A stretch of DNA of 9,967 nucleotides, taken from assembly GCA_944388985.1 (NCBI GenBank), contig CALXKT010000043.1:1-9967 (forward strand). Reading direction: 5' to 3'. Under the pieces are notes generated by a model. It saw only the letters and a list, made by a program, of their open reading frames with translations. It had not been told where the DNA came from and searched no databases. This DNA is from an uncultured Clostridia bacterium (GTDB lineage Bacteria > Bacillota > Clostridia > TANB77 > CAG-508). Shown piece by piece: positions 1-5,944 of the stretch (its first letter is position 1; the number at the start of each line of letters is the position of its first letter). The position numbers and the translations under genes were made by a program.

Positions 1-61
1 GACTCGAACCGCGGACAACTTGATTAAAAGTCAAGTGCTCTACCACCTGAGCTAATGACCC
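1..61 (-). tRNA. tRNA-Lys (anticodon UUU), 5' 61 nt only; the rest of the T-arm and acceptor lie beyond the window start
   Basis: The reverse complement reads GGGTCAT-TA-GCTC-AGGTGGTA-GAGC-A-CTTGA-CTTTTAA-TCAAG-TTGTC-CGCGG-TTCGAGT-C. This gives a 7-nt acceptor arm, D stem/loop, anticodon stem with loop CUUUUAA (UUU = Lys), a 5-nt variable loop, and a T stem plus TTCGAGT loop. It is truncated at position 1. Confidence 0.9.
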
Positions 62-69
62 AGATTTCG

Positions 70-97
70 ACTTGCGTTTAACTTCGTAAACGCAAGT
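70..97. repeat. Perfect 11-bp inverted repeat (ACTTGCGTTTA / TAAACGCAAGT) with a 6-nt loop, between the tRNA promoter and the tRNA 5' end
   Basis: Arms 70-80 and 87-97 are exact reverse complements, with loop ACTTCG. Its role is unclear: leader stem, operator or terminator. Confidence 0.6.
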
Positions 98-100
98 ATT

Positions 101-129
101 ATTTTAAACTATTTTTTTCAGTTTGTCAA
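101..129 (-). promoter_or_regulatory. Sigma-A type promoter for tRNA-Lys: TTGACA - 17 nt - TAAAAT
   Basis: On the minus strand the -35 TTGACA is the complement of 124-129. The spacer is 17 nt (107-123). The -10 TAAAAT is the complement of 101-106. It sits about 40 nt upstream of the mature tRNA 5' end at 61. Confidence 0.55.
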
Positions 130-133
130 TACT

Positions 134-159
134 ATTTGTGAAATTTGTGTGAATTTGTG
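134..159. repeat. Three direct copies of ATTTGTG (134-140, 143-149, 153-159) spaced 9 and 10 bp apart, just upstream of the tRNA promoter -35
   Basis: Exact heptamer repeats read directly. On the minus strand they are CACAAAT x3, about 5-30 nt upstream of the -35 hexamer. Confidence 0.8.
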
Positions 160-278
160 CAAGTTTTTTTCGCGCTAGCTTTTCAAGCCTGCACGAAAAC
201 CAATCTATTGTTCTGATTTTAGTATTCTTTCATAATGTATTGTTGACTTTTTATGTTGTTCAGATAGCAGATATCACA

Positions 279-1760
279 TTACACTACTAAGGCGAGGCGG
301 AAAGAGCTGTAGTTGTTAGCACCCCCATAGTTGTTGCTATAGCAGAACACGCCTGTGCTAGAGGCATCGCTGTCATAGCGACCACCACGGTAGAAGAAAG
401 GGCCGGTCGAAACCACAAAGTAAGCGCTATCTGAATGCCAACCCCTTGTTTCATAGGTTGCATCTCCGTATTTATATGCTGTACTTTCACTTGTTCCCGT
501 GTATGCTGTTGCATATTTTGTACTTGGTCCTCCCTGTGATGCAAATGAATCTCCATAATCTAAGTTACTACTTGTACTTCCGTTGTAGTATGCTGCTACT
601 CTGTCATATGCTCCTCCTCTCATATCATATATCCCATATACGTTTCCAGTTGTACTTTGGTCTTGGTTTGTTGTGGCATATGCATTGTCTGTTCCTCCGC
701 CTGTTATATATCCGTCGTCACTGAATCCTATTTCAGTTCCGTTTCTTCCGTATTTACTTTCTGTTAGGTAAGCCACTGCTCCCCATTCACTATTTTTTAA
801 CATATGACTTTCTAAATTTCTTGCATAATTATATGCATTTGTATACATATTTCCTATTGTTATATATCTCCAACTACTATATTCTGGTCTGGTTACTACT
901 GTTTTATCTGTATGTTCTGGGTCTGTTAATAGTATGTCTCCATCTGTCGAACTACTTGGCACTATATTTGTTCCATCTGCTTTATTGGCTAGGCTTGCTT
1001 CATATTTTCCTACCCAGATTCCACTTATTCCATTATCATTTGTCCCATTATTATTTCCAAATCCTCCTCCTAGATCCTCATTTGCTGTGAACGCTGGGTG
1101 TATAATGTAATCTGTTGTTGTATCTAGTGTTGGGTCATCTGCGTATTTACACACTGTTACTCCATCTGCTGCTAGGGTTCCTGTTCCTTGTAGAAATTTT
1201 ATATCTATTGTTTCGTTTGTACTATCTATTTTATATGCGAATCTTGGTATCCATACAAAGTAGCTGTCTATTCCATCTATTGTTACTTTTGCATTTGCCC
1301 ATTCACTACTATTTGCTCCTTCTGTTGATGTGTCCTTATAACTATATGCCTCTTTTGTTGGATCTTCTTTCCATGTGCTTGTATCTTCGTCAAATACAAC
1401 TAATTCCATATTGTCTCCAATATTTGGTGTATTAACTCCCTCTTCTTCACTAAATGTTCCATCCGTTGGTGGCGTTATTTCACTATCATCATTTATTACT
1501 GTATTTAAATATGCAGTTAAATTTGCCATACTTTCTGTTTCATGCCTAGTACTATTTGCAGCCATATCTCTCGCAAGCTCAGCCTGCTTTATTAATCCAT
1601 TATCACCAAATGCCATATTAATAGTTACGGTTGCTAATATGATAATGATAATTATAGTTATTACAAGCGCCACTAAGGTGATACCTCTATTGCTATTTGT
1701 TGCTTCCTGCTTTTCTATTTTAGCCTCATTTTTTCTTACTTTTCTCATTCTTTTACTCAT
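279..1760 (-). CDS. Pilin-leader-like (prepilin-type N-terminal helix) protein with a C-terminal FGE-sulfatase/SUMF1-like domain; probable surface or secreted protein
   Basis: 493-aa ORF with ATG at 1760, 7 nt after AGGAGGG. The N-terminus has a basic 26-aa leader, then G/ITLVALVITIIIIIILA and a GDNGLIKQAELAR segment typical of Firmicutes pseudopilin-like proteins. The C-terminus carries SEWGAVAYL, YGIYDMRGGAYDRV and FFYRGGRY...FRLALVV, which resemble the FGE-sulfatase fold motifs (GLYDMxGNVWEW, RGGSW, GFR). The middle is rich in T/S/G/N/D. Confidence 0.8.
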   Translation of the reverse strand: MSKRMRKVRKNEAKIEKQEATNSNRGITLVALVITIIIIIILATVTINMAFGDNGLIKQAELARDMAANSTRHETESMANLTAYLNTVINDDSEITPPTDGTFSEEEGVNTPNIGDNMELVVFDEDTSTWKEDPTKEAYSYKDTSTEGANSSEWANAKVTIDGIDSYFVWIPRFAYKIDSTNETIDIKFLQGTGTLAADGVTVCKYADDPTLDTTTDYIIHPAFTANEDLGGGFGNNNGTNDNGISGIWVGKYEASLANKADGTNIVPSSSTDGDILLTDPEHTDKTVVTRPEYSSWRYITIGNMYTNAYNYARNLESHMLKNSEWGAVAYLTESKYGRNGTEIGFSDDGYITGGGTDNAYATTNQDQSTTGNVYGIYDMRGGAYDRVAAYYNGSTSSNLDYGDSFASQGGPSTKYATAYTGTSESTAYKYGDATYETRGWHSDSAYFVVSTGPFFYRGGRYDSDASSTGVFCYSNNYGGANNYSSFRLALVV

Positions 1761-1805
1761 ACATTTTCCCTCCTACTGAATTATTTTTCGTTTTTCTTTT
1801 TGTCT

Positions 1806-2006
1806 CTATATGAGCAAACATACGCAAAAAAGATAGGCATCTTGCCAATTAAATTTCTCTTTTATTCGAAATTTATAGGCATTACCTATCTTCTTTTCTT
1901 CTATATTTTGAGCATCACAAGCAAAGCCTATTTGGCTAAATGTTTCTCTCTCTCTCTCTCTCTCTACAGCTTCAATGGTTTTGGAAGTTATCGTTTTTTC
2001 TGTCAT
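1806..2006 (-). CDS. Doubtful 66-aa ORF of unknown function containing an in-frame (GA)10 repeat (ERERERE)
   Basis: The ATG at 2006 is preceded by AAAGGAG with an 11-nt spacer. The ORF lies between a strong minus-strand promoter (2111-2139) and the pilin-like gene. No recognisable domain. It could instead be a non-coding leader. Confidence 0.3.
   Translation of the reverse strand: MTEKTITSKTIEAVERERERETFSQIGFACDAQNIEEKKIGNAYKFRIKEKFNWQDAYLFCVCLLI
1945..1964. repeat. Dinucleotide microsatellite (TC)10 on plus, (GA)10 on minus
   Basis: Read directly: tc x10 at 1945-1964, followed by t at 1965. Confidence 0.95.
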
Positions 2007-2110
2007 TTGTTTATTTGCTCCTTTTCTTCTTTATTTGTATTAAAGAACTCCTCATTCTTAATTCACAATAATGTTTTTTCTGTTTTTTATTCAACTGTAA
2101 GTGTAAATTA

Positions 2111-2139
2111 ATTATATACTTTTAACATTATTTTGACAA
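2111..2139 (-). promoter_or_regulatory. Sigma-A type promoter, TTGTCA - 17 nt - TATAAT, reading toward the 66-codon ORF and the pilin-like gene
   Basis: On the minus strand the -35 TTGTCA is the complement of 2134-2139. The spacer is 17 nt. The -10 TATAAT is the complement of 2111-2116. Confidence 0.5.
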
Positions 2140-2152
2140 GTATTTTTAAAAT

Positions 2153-2341
2153 TTAATCCTCATTAATCTTATTCATTAATTCTTCTACATCAATTCCATG
2201 TACTTCGCATGCTTCTTCTAATGTTTCTGCTTGTGATGCTGGGCATCCTAAACAATGCATTCCTGCTTCCATTAAAACTTCTGCTTTCTCTGGAGCAGCC
2301 TCTAAAAGTTCTCCAATTTTTGTATCTTTATTAAATTTCAT
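2153..2341 (-). CDS. DUF1858-type small redox-disulfide protein (hybrid-cluster-protein-associated CxxC domain family)
   Basis: 62-aa ORF. AAGGAGA lies 8 nt upstream of the ATG at 2341. The sequence [51 protein letters not shown] matches the typical DUF1858 pattern, including the HCxGCP motif. Confidence 0.8.
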   Translation of the reverse strand: MKFNKDTKIGELLEAAPEKAEVLMEAGMHCLGCPASQAETLEEACEVHGIDVEELMNKINED

Positions 2342-2405
2342 ATCAAAAATCTCCTTTACTATTTATTCTTTCACAAAAATTTTACCACAAATTTTGAAAA
2401 AAGTA

Positions 2406-2434
2406 TAGACAAAATGAAAAAAATGTTGTATTAT
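2406..2434 (+). promoter_or_regulatory. Candidate promoter for the T4SS-like cluster: TAGACA - 17 nt - TATTAT
   Basis: Each hexamer matches consensus at 5/6 positions, with a 17-nt spacer. An alternative weaker candidate is TTTAAA-17-CATAAT at 2583-2611. In DNA this AT-rich, such matches are not strong evidence. Confidence 0.3.
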
Positions 2435-2673
2435 TGGAAAAAATTAGGAAGGTGGTGTTTCCATTCAGCTTAGTAGATTTATTTTTTATTCTTTTCATTT
2501 TTCATCTTTTTATTACCCTTTATTCCATCTATTTATTTTTCAATAATACGATATTTCATCATTCACAGGGTTCTATTCTACATTTAAAATCCGAGCATTT
2601 TAAGTCATAATTTTCTTTCTTTGGAGGTGCATTTTTTATTAAGCGTATTCTTTTTATTCTATTTGCTTCTTGC

Positions 2674-4560
2674 TTGTATTGCTATCTGGGCTATCAGATT
2701 TTTTATCCCATTTTTGTATCCAACACGGTTATCATCCCTTATGGAGTTCATCCTTTTAATATTTGTGTAGAGCTTCCCGATTTATGGAAATACATAAAAA
2801 TTGCTTTTTTCATTACCTATCTTTTCTCTTCTTTTATTATTTCTAATTTTCTCTATTTTATTCTATCTCGCTTTTTACAAAAATTAGTAAACACCATAAA
2901 ATCAATTACAAAAAAATTGAAATTGATCTCACTTTTTTCTAAAATCTTTCACTTTCTATTAAATATTTTGTCTAGCATACTTCATTTACCAGCTAAAATC
3001 ATTTCACAATTCCAACGTTCCAAGAGTAAACATCAATTTTTTAGCAATTCCAATCTATCTGAAGTGAGATTCGGTAGCAGATTTAACGCTGTTTCCAGAG
3101 TTCCACCAATTTTAGAGAAATCGAGAAAAAATATTCCAAAAGAGAAAAAGTCTCCTCCTTTTCGCATGTTTGTTGGTAATTTATATGATGGTAATTCTGC
3201 TATTTATTTGCCCGAAAAAAGTTTGTTTCAAAATATTTTAATTACTGGGACCATTGGTACCGGAAAAACAAGTAGTGCCATGTATCCATTTACCAAGCAA
3301 TTAATTGAATATGAAGCTAACTCTGCGGAAAATAAAATTGGTATGCTGGTATTAGATGTAAAAGGAAATTACTACCAGAAAGTGCTAGAATTTGCGCAAA
3401 ACTGTGGTAGGGAAAATGATGTTATTGTACTTCGCCTCCAAGGAAAATATCGTTATAATCCATTACACAAACCTAATTTAAAAGCATCGGTGCTTGCGAA
3501 TCGTCTTAAAACCATTCTTCTCCTTTTTTCTCCCAACAATTCCGAATCTTTCTGGCTTGACAAAGTAGAACAAGTTTTAACCGAATGCATTAAGCTTTGC
3601 AGACTATACAATAATGGTTATGTAACATTTGAGGAATTACACAAGCTTATCTCCAACCCCAATTATTATGTAGAAAAAATAGAATTGCTACGAACCAAAT
3701 TTATCCACAACGAATTTTCCACAGAAGATATTTATCATTTAATTTCTAGTCTTACCTTTTTTCAAAAAGAATTTCTTGCTTTAGATACTCGAACCCTATC
3801 TATTTTAAAATCTGAAATTACTAGAATTACCAATGTGTTCGTGTCTGATTATGATAGTTATTATACCTTTAATCCCCCAAAAGAAGAATTAAACTTCTTC
3901 GGTTTTGAAGATTTAATTGCTACCGGAAAAATTGTTGTTTTAAATATGAATATATCGGAATATCAAGTGTTATCCAAAATAATTGCTGCTTATTTAAAAC
4001 TCGATTTCCAAACAGAAGTCATGGCAAGGCTTGCGCATCATTTTGAAATTTCCCAACGAACCGTTGCCTTTATATCAGATGAATACCACGAATATGTTAC
4101 TTCTTCCGATAGTGAGTTTTACGCACAAAGCAGAGAAGCCAAATGCATTAATATAGTTGCAACCCAAAGCTATACATCTCTTTTAAATACGCTAAATAAT
4201 AAATATGCTGTGGAAGTAATTATTCAAAACTTGGTAAATAAATTCTGGTTTCGCACCGATGATATTTTTACGATTGAAAGTGCTCAAAAACAAATCGGAA
4301 AAGAAGATAAAGAAAAGATTTTTAAAAGTATTTCTGAAAATGCAAGAGAAACTAATTACAGCTATATTACCAATTCGCTCAATTCCGATAATTCTAGCAT
4401 TTCAGAAAGTATTAGCACACAGGTTCTGTATGACTATATTTTTGACACTCATTTTTTTACACAAGAATTAGAGAACTTTTGTAGCCTTGCCTTTTTATCC
4501 GATGGTAATAAAATTATGAAACCACAAAAGATAAAATTAAAACCATATTTTTTAAAATAA
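2674..4560 (+). CDS. Type IV coupling protein-like membrane ATPase (TraD/TrwB/VirD4 family-like P-loop NTPase)
   Basis: Long ORF ending at TAA 4558-4560. Two N-terminal hydrophobic helices are followed by the P-loop ILITGTIGTGKTSS, then LVLDVKGNYY, RYNPL, FWLDK, the Walker-B-like AFISDEYHEY and IVATQSYTSL. This is the motif order of T4SS coupling proteins. The track start TTG 2674 has no SD. The frame is open from 2611, and GGAGGTG (2623-2629) lies 8 nt before ATT 2638, so the true start may be 2638. Confidence 0.8.
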   Translation: MYCYLGYQIFYPIFVSNTVIIPYGVHPFNICVELPDLWKYIKIAFFITYLFSSFIISNFLYFILSRFLQKLVNTIKSITKKLKLISLFSKIFHFLLNILSSILHLPAKIISQFQRSKSKHQFFSNSNLSEVRFGSRFNAVSRVPPILEKSRKNIPKEKKSPPFRMFVGNLYDGNSAIYLPEKSLFQNILITGTIGTGKTSSAMYPFTKQLIEYEANSAENKIGMLVLDVKGNYYQKVLEFAQNCGRENDVIVLRLQGKYRYNPLHKPNLKASVLANRLKTILLLFSPNNSESFWLDKVEQVLTECIKLCRLYNNGYVTFEELHKLISNPNYYVEKIELLRTKFIHNEFSTEDIYHLISSLTFFQKEFLALDTRTLSILKSEITRITNVFVSDYDSYYTFNPPKEELNFFGFEDLIATGKIVVLNMNISEYQVLSKIIAAYLKLDFQTEVMARLAHHFEISQRTVAFISDEYHEYVTSSDSEFYAQSREAKCINIVATQSYTSLLNTLNNKYAVEVIIQNLVNKFWFRTDDIFTIESAQKQIGKEDKEKIFKSISENARETNYSYITNSLNSDNSSISESISTQVLYDYIFDTHFFTQELENFCSLAFLSDGNKIMKPQKIKLKPYFLK

Positions 4561-4583
4561 TGTTTAGAGGAGGATGTATGTTT

Positions 4584-4931
4584 ATGAAAAAACAAAAAAT
4601 AGTATTTTTTATTATTCAATTTATCATTTTACTTTTTCTTTTTATGAATTTTTCTACCAATTTTGCTAGTGCTGCTTTATTTGATAGCACTCCCGAATTG
4701 ATTTCGAAACTAAATAGCGCATTAGAAGACATAGAGGGTTGGCTTCTAACCTTAGCCACTCCTGCTGCGGCTGTTGCTGTTGGTGTGGGTGTTTTTATGA
4801 AAAAGTTCAGTTTTGGAGATGAAGAAAGAATTCGTATTGCAAAAAAGCTAATTCGCGGTTCTCTATTTTCCTATGGCTTTATTTTAGCTATTAATTTAGT
4901 GCTTTCTGCTATAAAATCTTTAATTGATTAA
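4584..4931 (+). CDS. VirB2/TrbC-like (or Maff2-like) small secreted membrane protein; candidate T4SS pilin-type subunit
   Basis: ATG 4584 follows GGAGG (4569-4573) by 10 nt. Upstream in-frame ATGs at 4560 and 4578 are too close to, or ahead of, the SD. The Sec signal is MKKQKIVFFIIQFIILLFLFMNFSTNFASA/AL. Two hydrophobic helices (WLLTLATPAAAVAVGVGVFM and GSLFSYGFILAINLVLSAI) are separated by the basic loop KKFSFGDEERIRIAKKLIR. Confidence 0.7.
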   Translation: MKKQKIVFFIIQFIILLFLFMNFSTNFASAALFDSTPELISKLNSALEDIEGWLLTLATPAAAVAVGVGVFMKKFSFGDEERIRIAKKLIRGSLFSYGFILAINLVLSAIKSLID

Positions 4932-4976
4932 CCCTTTTCTTAGTAAAAAAATAATCTTGTTTTTCTTTCTATTCCT

Positions 4977-5012
4977 TTCATGTTCTAATTCAATTTTTTG
5001 TTAGAACATGAA
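4977..5012. repeat. Perfect 12-bp inverted repeat (TTCATGTTCTAA / TTAGAACATGAA) with a 12-nt loop, in the gap between the pilin-like and VirB6-like genes
   Basis: Arms 4977-4988 and 5001-5012 are exact reverse complements, with loop TTCAATTTTTTG. No T-run follows on the plus strand. Confidence 0.7.
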
Positions 5013-5038
5013 TAAGAATAATGATAGGAGGTGTGTAT

Positions 5039-5929
5039 TTGGAAGAAACCATTACTAGTACTACCAACATGTCACAAGTAATTATTGATACCATTAACAA
5101 TCTATTAAATACACTTTTTTCTTCCATTGATAACAGTGTTTATCAAACGTTAGATGATCTTGCCTTTATTGATGTTAGCATTTTTGACAATTCTTTTTTC
5201 TCTCAAATTTTTGGCTATGATTCCAATTACGGTTTATTAATTATTGCTAACTCTCTTTTACTCGCTGTTTGCTTATATTATTGTTTTAAATTGCTATATT
5301 CCTATTTTTCTGGCATTCAAGTAGAAAGGCCTTATCAATTTGTTTTTAAATTATTAATCTTTGGCATTTTCATTAATTGTTCTTACTTTTTATGCGAATT
5401 TTTTATTTATTTTACTTCTCTTCTTTCAGCAACTATTCGCGAAGTTGGACAGCATGTTTTGGGAGAAGAAATTAGCTTTTCTTCTCTCTTGGAAAATTTA
5501 ACTACCATGGTAGCTACCGATTCCGCTACTTGGAACGTATTTTCCTTTGATGGCCTTTTGAAAAGTTTAATTTCCATATCGTTTATTAACTTGCTATTTT
5601 CCTATTCTCTGCGCTACATCATGGTAAAAGTATTAATACTTCTCACCCCTTTTGCTTTGCTAACTCTTATTAATACGTCTAGCTCATGGTTCTTTAAGGC
5701 TTGGCTAAAAATATTTCTATCCTTACTTTTTATCCAACCGTTTATATCCATTGTTTTATTAATTGTATTTGCCCTGGACTTTAGTAGCTCAGATATAGCC
5801 TCTAAAATCTTATGCATTGGTGCTGTTTATGCTCTCATAAAAGCAAATACGTATGTACAACATTTTATCGGTGGAATTTCTACAGACGTATCGCAAAGCC
5901 TTCGCCTTTTAAGAGGCAAACTTAGGTAA
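5039..5929 (+). CDS. Polytopic membrane protein, VirB6/TrbL-like by size, topology and position
   Basis: TTG 5039 lies 7 nt after GGAGG (5027-5031). The track ATG at 5021 lacks an SD and would put the SD inside the coding sequence. The product is about 296 aa with at least six hydrophobic helices, for example LLIIANSLLLAVCLYYCF, FVFKLLIFGIFINCSYFLCEFFIYF, VKVLILLTPFALLTLI and IFLSLLFIQPFISIVLLIVFAL. Confidence 0.65.
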   Translation: MEETITSTTNMSQVIIDTINNLLNTLFSSIDNSVYQTLDDLAFIDVSIFDNSFFSQIFGYDSNYGLLIIANSLLLAVCLYYCFKLLYSYFSGIQVERPYQFVFKLLIFGIFINCSYFLCEFFIYFTSLLSATIREVGQHVLGEEISFSSLLENLTTMVATDSATWNVFSFDGLLKSLISISFINLLFSYSLRYIMVKVLILLTPFALLTLINTSSSWFFKAWLKIFLSLLFIQPFISIVLLIVFALDFSSSDIASKILCIGAVYALIKANTYVQHFIGGISTDVSQSLRLLRGKLR

Positions 5930-5944
5930 AAAGGAGGTTCCTAT

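Noticed and set aside
287-1779. Track ORFs 446..724(+), 821..1090(+), 1115..1435(+), 1375..1779(+) and 287..556(-) overlapping the 493-aa gene
   Set aside because: All are antisense or alternate-frame shadows of the long minus-strand ORF. Their products are low-complexity L/Y/H/F-rich strings with no SD and no motifs, whereas the 279..1760 frame has an SD and recognisable domains.
1761-2110. Riboswitch (for example c-di-GMP class I/II) or T-box in the long leader upstream of the pilin-like gene
   Set aside because: I compared the leader by eye with the conserved cores I remember (GGCAAAC...GACGCAAAGCC for class I, and the class II pseudoknot core) and found no convincing match. Only short 4-5 bp stems are present. 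A covariance-model scan would be needed to be sure.
1800-2111. 103-aa plus-strand ORF across the 1761-2152 intergenic region
   Set aside because: It has no SD and a pyrimidine-driven F/S/L-rich product. It runs antisense through a minus-strand promoter and the (TC)10 tract, so it is most likely a composition artefact.
2414-2473. 19-codon ATG ORF (MKKMLYYWKKLGRWCFHSA) in the leader of the cluster
   Set aside because: No SD precedes it, and it overlaps the candidate -35/-10 hexamers. It would therefore largely lie upstream of the transcript start.
4259-4471. 70-aa alternate-frame ORF inside the coupling-protein-like gene
   Set aside because: It is fully nested in a longer ORF with clear motifs, has a K-rich low-complexity product and lacks an SD.
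4560-4583. ATG 4560 overlapping the upstream stop (TAATG), and ATG 4578, as starts for the pilin-like gene
   Set aside because: The GAGGAGGA SD (4567-4574) lies downstream of ATG 4560 and only 3 nt from ATG 4578. ATG 4584 has proper spacing and gives a canonical MKKQK signal peptide. Coupling via TAATG cannot be fully excluded.
5614-5817. 67-aa minus-strand ORF inside the VirB6-like gene
   Set aside because: It is antisense to a longer ORF with coherent TM organisation, and has no SD.
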